Below the pieces are notes generated by a model, which made no database searches, had not been told where the DNA came from, and saw only the letters and a list, made by a program, of their open reading frames with translations. A DNA stretch of 64,000 nt from Vulcanimicrobiota bacterium (GTDB taxonomy: Bacteria > Vulcanimicrobiota > Vulcanimicrobiia > Eremiobacterales > Eremiobacteraceae), in contig CAWETU010000001.1 of assembly GCA_963812135.1 (NCBI GenBank), positions 2,016,001-2,080,000 of the forward strand, given 5' to 3'. Position numbers and translations under genes: made by a program. Below are positions 13,746 to 22,979 of this stretch, one piece after another (position 1 is the stretch's first letter; every line of letters starts with the position of its first letter).

Positions 13746-14882
13746 ATGAAGATCGCGGTCATCGGCGCGGGCATCAACGGTCTCTCATCTGCGTGGGGGC
13801 TCGCGCGCGATGGCCACGAGGTGAGCGTCTTCGAGCAAGGTCCGATCCCGAATCCGCTTGGTTCATCGTACGACCAGAACCGCCTCATCCGCTATCCGTA
13901 CGGCGCAAATCTTGGATACACGCGCTTGGTCGCCGCCGCATACGAGGCGTGGGATCGCCTGTGGTCCGATCTCGGAGAGACGTTCTACGTCCGCACGGGC
14001 ACGCTGGCGATCGCGCGCGACGAGACCAGTTGGACCGATCAATCCGCCCAGACGTTGACGCAAGCCGGCGTCGAAACGCGACGGCTCCCGCCGGCCGACA
14101 TCGAACGCATCTTCCCGATGCTACGCACCGAAGGCATCCGCTACGCGTTGTACCTGGAATCTGGCGGCGAATTGTTCCCGACGCGCATCATCGAGGCGCT
14201 GGCGCGCCACTTGCGCAAACTCGGCGTGAGTATCTCAGAGAACACGCCGGTGAAATCCATCGATGTCGAGCGGGCGCGTGCAGTCCTATACGATGGATCC
14301 GTAGTCGACGTGGACGCGCTGGTCGTGGCCGCAGGGCCATGGGTGGCGCGCCTGCTGCCTGAGATGGCGAGCCGCGTCACGCCGTCGCGCCAAGTGCTCG
14401 CGTATGCAGAACCCCCGCGACAATATGCAGAGCATTGGAAGCATGGACCGATGCTCATGGACCTTGACGGCGCTGGATTCTATCTCGTGCCTCCCGCGGG
14501 CGGCACGGATCTGAAGGTCGGCGACCATCGCTTTAGCCTGACCGGGCAACCCGACGCCGATCGCGATCCGTCACCGGCTGAAACGCAGGCGGTGTTCGAG
14601 CAGGCGCGACGCGTGCTGCGCGATTTTGATCAATATAAGATCAAAGCGACGCGGACGTGCTTTTACACGGTCGAGTCCGGGGAGCGCTTTCTGGTCGAAC
14701 GCCAAGGGCGTTCGTGGCTGGTCAGTGCGTGCTCGGGCCACGGGTTCAAGTTCGGTGCGCTGACTGGGCTCGCCGTCGCCGACGGCATCGCTGGTAGACG
14801 TTCCGCCGACGAGATCGCGCGCACGTCCGCCGGAGAGAGTCCCGGGGTCACGATCCCAGGGCGCCATTCGGAGATCGCATGA
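13746..14882 (+). CDS. FAD-dependent oxidoreductase (sarcosine oxidase / SolA-like)
   Basis: VIGAGING and C-terminal SGHGFKFG motifs. Confidence 0.9.
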   Translation: MKIAVIGAGINGLSSAWGLARDGHEVSVFEQGPIPNPLGSSYDQNRLIRYPYGANLGYTRLVAAAYEAWDRLWSDLGETFYVRTGTLAIARDETSWTDQSAQTLTQAGVETRRLPPADIERIFPMLRTEGIRYALYLESGGELFPTRIIEALARHLRKLGVSISENTPVKSIDVERARAVLYDGSVVDVDALVVAAGPWVARLLPEMASRVTPSRQVLAYAEPPRQYAEHWKHGPMLMDLDGAGFYLVPPAGGTDLKVGDHRFSLTGQPDADRDPSPAETQAVFEQARRVLRDFDQYKIKATRTCFYTVESGERFLVERQGRSWLVSACSGHGFKFGALTGLAVADGIAGRRSADEIARTSAGESPGVTIPGRHSEIA

Positions 14883-15961
14883 CGGTTCTCGAGTGGGTTG
14901 AGGTGGCGGCCGGCATCGCACTTGTCTGCCTCATGCTCTATGATATTTTCGCCTCGGTTGTTGTGCCCAGAGCGGTGTCGGCGACGTTCCGCACGAGCGT
15001 TCTCGTCGTGCGGGGCTCGTGGCGGCTCTGGCGCGACTACGCGGTCACGATCAAAGACGCCGACAAGCGCGAGGACTTCCTCGGACGCTTCGCGCCGGGC
15101 GTCTTGATCGGATTGCTGATCGTATGGCTCAGCGGCCTGTTGCTCGGATATGGCTTGATCTTCTATGGGCTCCGCGGCCACACCCAACCGCCGCTGCACT
15201 CATACATCGATGCGGTGTATTTCGCCGGGACCTCGCTGCTGACGATCGGCTACGGCGACATCGTCGCCACCGATACGATCGCCCGTCTCTTCACGCTCGC
15301 CGCCGGCGCCACGGGGCTCGCGCTGTTCGCGCTGACCATCTCGTTCATCTTCTCAATCTTCGGATCGTTTCAGAATCGCGAGGTCTTCATCGTCATGATG
15401 GGCGGTCGCGCCGGTGCGCCGCCCTCGGGCGTGACACTGCTCGAGACCGTTTCGAAATACAAAATCTTTGAGGATTTCGCGCAGAGCATGCGCGAGGGCG
15501 AACGCTGGGCGGCGTCGGTGCTCGAGTCACATCTCGCCTATCCGGTGCTCGCGTATTTCCGCTCGAGCCACGATGACGAGTCGTGGATCGGTACGCTCGG
15601 CGCCTTGCTCGACGCGTCGACCATGCTCATCACGCTGACCGACAGTCCGCTCGTCGGGCGCGCGAAACTGCTGCACCTTATCGGCGTGCATCTCGTGCGC
15701 GACCTCACCCGCTATTTCCGCGTTGCTGTGATCGAGACGGCGGGCATCGAGCGTGGCGAATTCGACCAAGCGTGTGCTCAATTGACCGCGGCGGGCTGGG
15801 AAGTGCGATGCGACGACGCGGCATGGAAGAGCTTTTCAGAGTTGCGCATGCAGTACGCCGGCCCGCTCAACGAAATGGCGAAGTTCTGGATGACACCGCC
15901 GTCGCGCTGGATCGGGGATCGCTCGGAGATCGGCAAGCGCATGATGCACGCGGCTTCGTAG
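14879..15961 (+). CDS. Potassium channel family protein
   Basis: TIGYGD selectivity filter flanked by TM helices. Confidence 0.88.
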   Translation: MTVLEWVEVAAGIALVCLMLYDIFASVVVPRAVSATFRTSVLVVRGSWRLWRDYAVTIKDADKREDFLGRFAPGVLIGLLIVWLSGLLLGYGLIFYGLRGHTQPPLHSYIDAVYFAGTSLLTIGYGDIVATDTIARLFTLAAGATGLALFALTISFIFSIFGSFQNREVFIVMMGGRAGAPPSGVTLLETVSKYKIFEDFAQSMREGERWAASVLESHLAYPVLAYFRSSHDDESWIGTLGALLDASTMLITLTDSPLVGRAKLLHLIGVHLVRDLTRYFRVAVIETAGIERGEFDQACAQLTAAGWEVRCDDAAWKSFSELRMQYAGPLNEMAKFWMTPPSRWIGDRSEIGKRMMHAAS

Positions 15962-16032
15962 GGCAAACCGGCGGGCACCCTGAAGTCTGACACCTCACGG
16001 GGCATCACTCATCCCACATCGGAGTTTCACTC

Positions 16033-16638
16033 ATGCACGTACGTTTTGTCGCGGCGTTGTCGGCGGTCGCCCTCATTTCGGCATTGGCATGCCTGCCCGC
16101 ACCGGCCGCAGCCGACACCACATGGGCAGCCGATCCGGGCCATTCCCTGGCCGAATTCAGCGTGCTCCATCTAGGCGTCACGCATGTGCGCGGCTCAATC
16201 CTTATCAGCCAAGCGAGCGTCGTCACGCCGAGCGGCACTAATGTGCCGTCCTCGATCGTCGCGGCACTCGACCCCGCGAGCATCGATACGCGCAATTCGG
16301 ATCGCGATAACGATCTGCGAGGCCCTGATTGGCTCGATGTCACGCGCTTCAAGACGATGTCGTTCAAGAGCGCGTCAGTGACTGCGGGGCCGAACGACAC
16401 ATTCACCGCGGCTGGCGATTTGACGATTCATGGCGTGACTAAACCCGTGACGCTCGCGGGCCATATCGACGGCACGACCGTTGACGGCAGGGGACATAAT
16501 CGCGTGTCGTACTCAGCGACGACGACGATCAAGCGTCAGGACTTCGGTTTGAGCTGGGCGCAGCAGACGCCGGGCGGCACGTTCGTCGCGGGCGACAACG
16601 TGGACATCTCGATCACCATCGAAGCCGTCGCCCGCTAA
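16033..16638 (+). CDS. YceI family periplasmic lipid/polyisoprenoid-binding protein
   Basis: Signal peptide, DPGHS, SIDTRNSDRDNDL and GDLTIHGVTKPV motifs. Confidence 0.93.
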   Translation: MHVRFVAALSAVALISALACLPAPAAADTTWAADPGHSLAEFSVLHLGVTHVRGSILISQASVVTPSGTNVPSSIVAALDPASIDTRNSDRDNDLRGPDWLDVTRFKTMSFKSASVTAGPNDTFTAAGDLTIHGVTKPVTLAGHIDGTTVDGRGHNRVSYSATTTIKRQDFGLSWAQQTPGGTFVAGDNVDISITIEAVAR

Positions 16639-16692
16639 GCGGTGTGTCGAGGGATTAAAACCTGCGAGGGCAAACGGAAACATCGTCATCGT

Positions 16693-16994
16693 GGGATGAT
16701 GGTGAAATCGGAAGACACAACGGACTTCCAATTGGAGCCGGGGGCCGGGAAACCACCTCTGGGATGCGCTCAAAGTCGGTGAACTCTCTGCTCGAAAGAG
16801 CGTGACAACGCCGAGCCAAGCTCCCGAGACGGAGAAGGTGTAGAGACTGGACGGGCGCGACCTACGGCGTGATAGACGCTACGGTCAAGGCACAGTCCGG
16901 ACCACACAAATGCCGTCAGGCAGTGGCGAAAGCCATAGTGGTGCGAAAATCCGTTGCCCGCAAGGGCGTCCGGGTTCGAGTCCCGGTCATCCCA
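16693..16994 (+). tRNA. trnL: tRNA-Leu(UAA) interrupted by a group I intron; exons 16693-16727 and 16946-16994; CCA not encoded
   Basis: Acceptor GGGATGA/TCATCCC, anticodon arm ACGGA-CTT^AAAA-TCCGT, long variable arm GCCC-GCAA-GGGC, T arm CCGGG-TTCGAGT-CCCGG. Confidence 0.93.
16728..16945 (+). ncRNA. Group I self-splicing intron (218 nt, IC3-like) in the tRNA-Leu anticodon
   Basis: Exon ends in U with a P1 U.G pair (CUU^C...GGAG); core AAAGTCGGTGAA, AACGCCGAGCCAAG, GTAGAGACTG and CACAGTCC; P9 GGCGAAAGCC; terminal G at 16945. Confidence 0.9.
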
Positions 16995-17924
16995 TGTTGA
17001 TCTTCTCGCGTAGATAGCCGATCAGTAGGTCGGCTTCGCTGACCAGAGTTGACCGCTTTTGTAGCGGCGCGCGATCTCGTCGAGGATGATAAGCCCGGCC
17101 GGCATGATGTCGGCCCGGAACTCCGGCAATCCATGCAACTGTTTGCGCTGTTCGATCGGCAACGACACCGTCAGCCGAAAAAGATCCTCCAGATCCGCGC
17201 GACGCAACGCTGCGACGTGCACGTCGGAGGCGGCATCGTACGCGTTTAGCATGCGCGCCGCGGTGTCAGCGGTTCCGCCGACAAAGACGAGCTGAGCGTC
17301 CGAGCTTCGCTCGGGTTCTACATCAAACTCAAGCCTTACGGCGGTGCGGCACGCGCTAATCTCTTCCGCCGTCGGCGGATCGTGCTTGAAGAAGCGTTCG
17401 GTCATGCCCACCGCGCCAACCGGCAACGAGCTCACCAGAACGTCGTTGTTCGGGGTGGTTCTGGTCGCGATCTCAGTGCTGCCGCCCCCGATATCGACGA
17501 CCGTGAGCGGTCCGAGCGGCGCGTGACCGGTCTGCTCGAGCGCCCAGCACGCGCCGTCGAACGACGCGCGGGCTTCTTCTTCTCCCGTGAGGATGTGCAG
17601 CTCTGTTCCGGTGATCGCGTGGACCTGCTCGGCGAACTCAGCTGCATTGGTCGCCTCGCGAAGCGCGGCCGTGCCGATGACAAAGCGGCGATCGGCGCGC
17701 CTTGCCAGCCCGGCGAATTCCGCGATGGCGGCGGCGGTCCGCTCCATCGCCTGAGGCGCGAGCAGCTTCGACGCGCTGACGCCTTCACCCAACCGAGTGC
17801 CGCGAATCGCGTGATGTTCGACCGTGATCGGTCGAATAAATTCGACCGCTACATTCTTTTCTGGGACTTGGGCGATCAAGAGCCTGCACGAGTTGCTGCC
17901 GGCGGCGATCACGGCGCAGCGCAT
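16987..17924 (-). CDS. ppx: Ppx/GppA exopolyphosphatase; apparent 1-nt deletion near 17045, corrected C-terminus VSEADLLIGYLREKINMG
   Basis: GSNSCRLLI, RLGEG, GTAALREA, EEEAR, DIGGGSTE and RADIMPAG motifs. Confidence 0.88.
17829..17852 (-). repeat. GTAG-type REP-like palindrome, copy 3 (in-frame inside ppx, encodes VAVEFIRP)
   Basis: Exact consensus 24-mer inside the CDS. Confidence 0.9.
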
Positions 17925-17927
17925 GGC

Positions 17928-18374
17928 TCAGCGCTTCTTTCGCGGCGGTTTCTTCGGCGACTCCCGGTACTGCCGGCGCGCGCGCATCTCAAACGGAAGC
18001 AGCCGGTCGGCGCGCGGCTCTTTCGCCTCGTGCGCGCGGCTAGCGATGGCGCCCTTGGGATCCCAGTCTTCGGTCTGGCGCAGATAGTCGATGATCTTCT
18101 CGTCCAAGTTGGAGTCGTCGGCAGGCCGGACTTCCGAAGCAGGCGCGGCTTGTTCAGGTTGCTCGGTCAGCGCCCCGTCAGCCAGGCGCAGCGTCAGCCA
18201 ACCATCCTTCTCGGAAACGATAAACGGCAGGTTTGGCCGGCGCTTGCGCGACGCGGCACGACGAACATCGCCGTGACCGGGTTCCGACGAGGGAAGATTC
18301 GCGATGCGGCCGTCATCGAGACGCACAACGCAGCCGTAGCGTCCGCACGACAGAACCGTTCCGTTGATCTGCAC
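17928..18374 (-). CDS. Hypothetical protein with degenerate S1-like N-terminus (YabR/YugI-like context)
   Basis: GTV...YGCVVRL..G OB-fold-like start; lies directly after ftsB. Confidence 0.55.
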   Translation of the reverse strand: MQINGTVLSCGRYGCVVRLDDGRIANLPSSEPGHGDVRRAASRKRRPNLPFIVSEKDGWLTLRLADGALTEQPEQAAPASEVRPADDSNLDEKIIDYLRQTEDWDPKGAIASRAHEAKEPRADRLLPFEMRARRQYRESPKKPPRKKR

Positions 18375-18790
18375 TAGGGAGATGCTGGGGCCGGCGTCGC
18401 GATCTGAATGAAGACTTCGTGCGGCTTCGTGAGACCCAGCTGCTCGTGGATGAGCGGCACGAGGTACTCGGGATCGCGCGACAGGATGATGTCGCGGCGC
18501 AGCTTGACCGAGCTCGCGCTCAGCTGCTGGTTCTGATCCTCGACCGCATCGATCTGTTTGTGCAGCTGATAGTTCTGGTAGCCGACCCGCCAGGCTTGGC
18601 CCGTGAACGACGCGACGACCAGCAGCACCGCGGCCAATCCGACCAAACGGCCGGCGGTCGACATCACGCGCATCATCGTGCGCTCGCGCTTCTTGCGGGC
18701 GGCGCCGCCGAGCGGCTTGTTCGCCAGCCGGCTGATCTTGAAACCGAGGCTACCGCGCCGCACGGTCCAGCGCCATCTCTTCGTGCGCAC
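18374..18790 (-). CDS. ftsB: Septum formation initiator (FtsB/DivIC family); start uncertain
   Basis: TM helix, coiled coil, then DPEYL...EQLGLTKPHE. Confidence 0.8.
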   Translation of the reverse strand: MRTKRWRWTVRRGSLGFKISRLANKPLGGAARKKRERTMMRVMSTAGRLVGLAAVLLVVASFTGQAWRVGYQNYQLHKQIDAVEDQNQQLSASSVKLRRDIILSRDPEYLVPLIHEQLGLTKPHEVFIQIATPAPASP

Positions 18791-19724
18791 CGATTTTGCG
18801 ATACTTCTCGTACCGCCGATCGATGAGTTGCTCGGGCGAGAGCTTGATGAGCTGCGCCAACGCTTGTTTGTCCGCCTCGAGCACCGAGTGTATCGTGGTC
18901 ACAGGGTCGCGATGCGCGCCGCCCATCGTCTCCATGACGACCGTGTCGACGATGCCGAATTCGAACAGATCTTCCGACGTCAGACGCAGACGTGACGCGG
19001 CTTCGTCGGCCTTGCCAGCGTCGCGCCACAGGATGGTCGCGGCGGCCTCAGGCGACGCGACCGAATACACCGCATGCTGCAGCATGAGGACGGTGTCGCC
19101 GACGCCGATCGCGAGCGCGCCGCCGCTGCCGCCTTCGCCGATCACGTTGACCACGATCGGCACGCCCAGTCCAGCCATCAACTTGATGTTCGTCGCGATC
19201 GCTTCTGACTGGCCGCGCTCCTCGGCGCCGATGCCCGGATAGGCGCCCGGCGTATCGATGAACGTGAGCAGCGGCTTGTGGAACTTCTGGGCGAGCCGCA
19301 TGATGCGCGCCGCCTTACGATACCCTTCCGGATGCGCCATGCCGAAACTGCGATACAGATTCTCTTTCGTATCGCGGCCCTTTTGCTGGCCGAGCACGAA
19401 CACGGGCACGCCATCCAAATACGCATAGCCGGCGACGAGCGCCGGATCGTCACGGAACGCGCGGTCGCCGTGCAGTTCGACGAAGCCGTCGAGCTTGCTG
19501 ATATAGTCCATCGCCAACGGCCGGCGCGGATGGCGCGCGAGATGCACGCGTTGCCATGGCGTGAGATTGCCGAAGATCTCGAGCTCGAGCGCAACCGCTT
19601 TTTCTTCGAGCGCTCTGATCTCGGCGGAGAAATCGACGCGCTGCGTCTCGTTGAGCTTCTTGAGCCCGTCGATCTTCGCTTCGAGCTCGAGCAGCGGCTT
19701 TTCCAGCTCGACGATGACGTTCAT
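18750..19724 (-). CDS. accA: Acetyl-CoA carboxylase carboxyltransferase alpha
   Basis: LARHPRRP, ELHGDR, PEGYRKA, IDTPGAYPG and GEGGSGGAL motifs. Confidence 0.97.
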   Translation of the reverse strand: MNVIVELEKPLLELEAKIDGLKKLNETQRVDFSAEIRALEEKAVALELEIFGNLTPWQRVHLARHPRRPLAMDYISKLDGFVELHGDRAFRDDPALVAGYAYLDGVPVFVLGQQKGRDTKENLYRSFGMAHPEGYRKAARIMRLAQKFHKPLLTFIDTPGAYPGIGAEERGQSEAIATNIKLMAGLGVPIVVNVIGEGGSGGALAIGVGDTVLMLQHAVYSVASPEAAATILWRDAGKADEAASRLRLTSEDLFEFGIVDTVVMETMGGAHRDPVTTIHSVLEADKQALAQLIKLSPEQLIDRRYEKYRKIGAHEEMALDRAAR

Positions 19725-20617
19725 GAAGCTTTCGATTTCGGGCGGCGGATTGCCGGAGTCGGTCGACTGAAGTCGACCGCTACAGGGGTGGTGAAAAAGC
19801 GCAGCGCGTTCGCGAGCGCGGCCTTCATGTCGGCGCGACGCACGACCATGTCAACCTGACCGTGTTCGAGCAAGAACTCGGCCGTCTGGAATCCGTCGGG
19901 CAGCTTCTGCCTGATGGTCTGATCGATGACGCGCCGTCCGGCGAAGCCGATCGCCGCGCCGCTCTCGGCGATGATCACATCTGCTTGGAAACCGAAGGAA
20001 GCCGAGACGCCGCCGGTCGTGGGATCGGTCAAGATCGTGATCAACGGGAGCCCGAGCGTGCCGAAGCGTTCGACCGCAGCGCTCGTCTTGGCGAGCTGCA
20101 TGAGGCCGATCATACCTTCTTCCATGCGCGCGCCGCCCGATGTCGTCACGATGACGCATGGCACGCGCCGGCGCGCGCACTCCTCGATGAGTAACGTGAC
20201 TTTCTCGCCGACGACCCCGCCCATAGTGCCGCCGCGGAAGTTGAAATCCATGACGCCGAGCCCGACCGGAATCTGCTCGACCGTGCAAAATCCGACGATG
20301 ATGGCTTCGAGCAATCCCGATTTGGCGCGATCGCGTTCGGTCTTCTCTGGATAGGTGGTGCGGTCGGACCATTGGAGCGGATCGCCGGTGACCAGATTCT
20401 CCGCGATCTCGTCAAAGTCGCCGTCGGCGAGCAACGCGATGCGGTCGAGCGCCGGCAGCCGGAAATTATGGCCGCATTTGGGGCAGACGCGCAACTTCGC
20501 CTCGAGGTCCTTGATGAAGAGGCGGTCGCCGCAGGATGGGCAGATCTCCCAGAGCTTGTCGTCGGAGGGTTGCGGTCGTGCGCCGCGCCGGCGTAGCCAA
20601 TTCGGTGTTGGCATCAT
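19721..20617 (-). CDS. accD: Acetyl-CoA carboxylase carboxyltransferase beta
   Basis: CPSC/CPKC zinc ribbon, SGGARMEEG, DPTTGGVSASF and FQTAEFLLEHG motifs. Confidence 0.96.
   Translation of the reverse strand: MMPTPNWLRRRGARPQPSDDKLWEICPSCGDRLFIKDLEAKLRVCPKCGHNFRLPALDRIALLADGDFDEIAENLVTGDPLQWSDRTTYPEKTERDRAKSGLLEAIIVGFCTVEQIPVGLGVMDFNFRGGTMGGVVGEKVTLLIEECARRRVPCVIVTTSGGARMEEGMIGLMQLAKTSAAVERFGTLGLPLITILTDPTTGGVSASFGFQADVIIAESGAAIGFAGRRVIDQTIRQKLPDGFQTAEFLLEHGQVDMVVRRADMKAALANALRFFTTPVAVDFSRPTPAIRRPKSKAS
19760..19783 (-). repeat. GTAG-type REP-like palindrome, copy 4 (in-frame in the accD C-terminal tail, VAVDFSRP)
   Basis: GTAGCGGTCGACTTCAGTCGACCG with a compensatory arm change. Confidence 0.85.
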
Positions 20618-21315
20618 GCGCGGCCTCCGAAATAGACTTTGGATAGCTGCTTCAGATAATTGACGATCTCCCCGCTGTTGAGTTTGCTCGTCCCCGCAGT
20701 CCGATCCGTGAAAACATATGGAAATTCTTTGACGTGCGAATACTTCCCTTTGAGTATCACCTCGAGCCCGATCTTGAATCCGATCGGATCGAGCTTCACG
20801 CCGTCGATGACGCTGCGTTTGCAGAAGAAAAACCCAGACGTGATATCTCTCACTCGCGTCAATGGCCGCGCGAGCGCGATCGCTACGCGCGACGTGATCT
20901 TGCGCCGCCACGGCCAGTTGGTGATGCCGCCGCCTTTGACGTAGCGGCTGCCGATCGCCAACTCGCATTCGCCGCGTTGGATGGCGCCCACGAGCAGCGG
21001 CACGATCGCCGGATCGTGGCTGAAGTCGGCATCCATCACGCCGATGATCGGCGATGTGCATGTCGCCCAGCCGTCGATCACGGCGGACGAGAGCCCGAGT
21101 TTGCCGGCGCGATGGACGCAGCGCACGGGATACTTCGCCGCAAGCGAGTCGACGAGCGCGCCCGTGCCGTCGGGCGAGTTGTCGTCCACGATGACGATCT
21201 CGCCGTTGATGCTGTTGGCTTTGAACACGCCGGTCAAGGCGTCGATCAGCTTTTCGATGCCGAGCGCTTCATTATATGTGGGGACGACGACCGAGACGTC
21301 ATAGGGCGTAGTCAT
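20614..21315 (-). CDS. Polyprenol-phosphate mannosyltransferase (GT2, Ppm1/DPM1-like)
   Basis: VVPTYNE, VDDNSPDGT, MDADFSHDP and GSRY motifs. Confidence 0.92.
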   Translation of the reverse strand: MTTPYDVSVVVPTYNEALGIEKLIDALTGVFKANSINGEIVIVDDNSPDGTGALVDSLAAKYPVRCVHRAGKLGLSSAVIDGWATCTSPIIGVMDADFSHDPAIVPLLVGAIQRGECELAIGSRYVKGGGITNWPWRRKITSRVAIALARPLTRVRDITSGFFFCKRSVIDGVKLDPIGFKIGLEVILKGKYSHVKEFPYVFTDRTAGTSKLNSGEIVNYLKQLSKVYFGGRA

Positions 21316-21372
21316 GTGAATATTGCGTTCTTTGCGTCGAAAAGTGTCACCTGGGCGCGAGCCGGCGCTTGC

Positions 21373-22104
21373 TCACCACCAGCCTCGGCGTGCCGCCAGT
21401 GCGGCGAGCATCGCGGACGCAGCGGTCTCCGTGCGCAGAATAGTCGGGCCCAGCGATACGAGCGGGCAACCGCTCTCTTTCGCGGCCGCGACCTCGGCGT
21501 CGGTGAGCCCGCCCTCGGGCCCGATCGCGATCGCGATGCTGCGCGCCTCACCGATCCCGTCGACCGCCGCGGCAAACGAACCGGGCGCGGCGTTCTCGTA
21601 TGCGACGAGCGGCGGCGTGTCGAGGTCCGACGCGCAAAGGGCGTCGACCCAGGCTGTCGGCTCCGCGACTTCGGGAAGGTAGCGGCGGCGCGACTGCTGC
21701 GCTGCCGACCGAGCGATGCGCCGCCAGCGTTCGATCTTCGCATCGTTCGCCTGGGCGTAGCTGCGTTCGCAGATCACGGGTACGATGCGGCGCGCACCGA
21801 GCTCGACCGCTTTCTCGACGACCTCGTCGAACTTCGCGCCTTTGGCAATCGCCTGCAGCACGGATACCACGACCGGCAATTCGCCGCCGGTCTCCGCACG
21901 CGGTGTGATGATGCGCGCTTGGACATGCCCGCGCGCGACGTCGCTGAGCGTCGCGTCCCACGCGGTGCCATCTCGCACGATCACAAGCGGATCGCCGCTG
22001 CGCATTCGCAAGACCTCGATGGCGTGATGCGCGTCGTCGTGGCGCAACTCGATGTGTTCCCCGGCTTTGCATTCGCCATCGGCAAAAAACCGCGGCGCGC
22101 TCAT
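21373..22104 (-). CDS. rsmE: 16S rRNA m3U1498 methyltransferase
   Basis: KAVELG, IGPEGG and LGPTILRTETA motifs. Confidence 0.96.
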   Translation of the reverse strand: MSAPRFFADGECKAGEHIELRHDDAHHAIEVLRMRSGDPLVIVRDGTAWDATLSDVARGHVQARIITPRAETGGELPVVVSVLQAIAKGAKFDEVVEKAVELGARRIVPVICERSYAQANDAKIERWRRIARSAAQQSRRRYLPEVAEPTAWVDALCASDLDTPPLVAYENAAPGSFAAAVDGIGEARSIAIAIGPEGGLTDAEVAAAKESGCPLVSLGPTILRTETAASAMLAALAARRGWW

Positions 22105-22979
22105 GGCTTGCGGTGCTCGTAGGCGAACCAGGGACCGCGGCGGCGCTCGGACACAAATTCAAGGCGGGCTTGTGCGAACGCGGCGAGCGTGGCGAGTCTA
22201 CCTCGAGCGGCGATGCCGCTGGTGATGAGGTAGCCACCGCGCACGAGTTTTGCGGCGAACGCGCGAGCCATCTTCTGAAGAACCTCTGCAGTGATGTTCG
22301 CGACGATGAACGCGGCGCGCGGAAAAGCGGCCGGCGTCCGATCGGAGCGCACCAGCGCACGCGCACGAAGTGCGTTCGCCTTAAAGTTGTCCTTCGCCAC
22401 ACGCACGGCGATGGGATCGTCGTCGAAGGCGTAGGCGAGCGCGCCACGCTGCACCGCCGCGAGCGCGAGAATGCCCGATCCACATCCCGCGTCGATGACG
22501 ACGTCGCCGGGCGCGATACGTGCGAGCAGCAGCTCCGCCGCCGCAGCGGTCGTCGCGTGGCGTCCGGTGCCGAATGCCATGCCGGGATCGAGCCACAGAA
22601 CATCCGCGCCGTGCGGCGGACGAAAACTCCGCGCCCATGACGGAGCCACCCACAGGCCGGCGGCGAGGCGCAGCGGCCGATAGTGCCGTTTCATCTCGGC
22701 GGCCCAGTCGCGCTCGGCGACGCGCGCGTGACTCAATAAAGCGCCCCGCAAAATCGACTCTGATTGCAGCGATCTCAGACGCCGGCGTAAGCTCTGGAAC
22801 AGCGCGACAGCTTGCACGCCGTCGCGCACGAACGCGCTGGCCGTCACGAACCGTGATGCTTCGCGCTGCTCGAGAGCGATGGGAGCGCCCGTCACGTCGT
22901 TCAACAGGGCGCGCGCGGGTTCGGCGTCGGCCGCCCGAGCCTCAAGCGACAGGCGTCGCCATACCGGCTGCGCCATCAC
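22101..22979 (-). CDS. prmA: Ribosomal protein L11 methyltransferase
   Basis: LDPGMAFGTGRHATT, DAGCGSGIL and VANI motifs. Confidence 0.94.
   Translation of the reverse strand: MMAQPVWRRLSLEARAADAEPARALLNDVTGAPIALEQREASRFVTASAFVRDGVQAVALFQSLRRRLRSLQSESILRGALLSHARVAERDWAAEMKRHYRPLRLAAGLWVAPSWARSFRPPHGADVLWLDPGMAFGTGRHATTAAAAELLLARIAPGDVVIDAGCGSGILALAAVQRGALAYAFDDDPIAVRVAKDNFKANALRARALVRSDRTPAAFPRAAFIVANITAEVLQKMARAFAAKLVRGGYLITSGIAARGRLATLAAFAQARLEFVSERRRGPWFAYEHRKP

Noticed and set aside
16009..16016. TCATCCCA matching the tRNA-Leu 3' end as an att site
   Set aside because: Only 8 nt, lies upstream of the tRNA, and the same word occurs at 33659 in a probable coding region.
16916..17134. Short ORFs over the tRNA/intron loci (also 54348-54530 and the N-terminal extension 54029-54151)
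   Set aside because: They overlap structured RNA genes and have no homing-endonuclease motifs.
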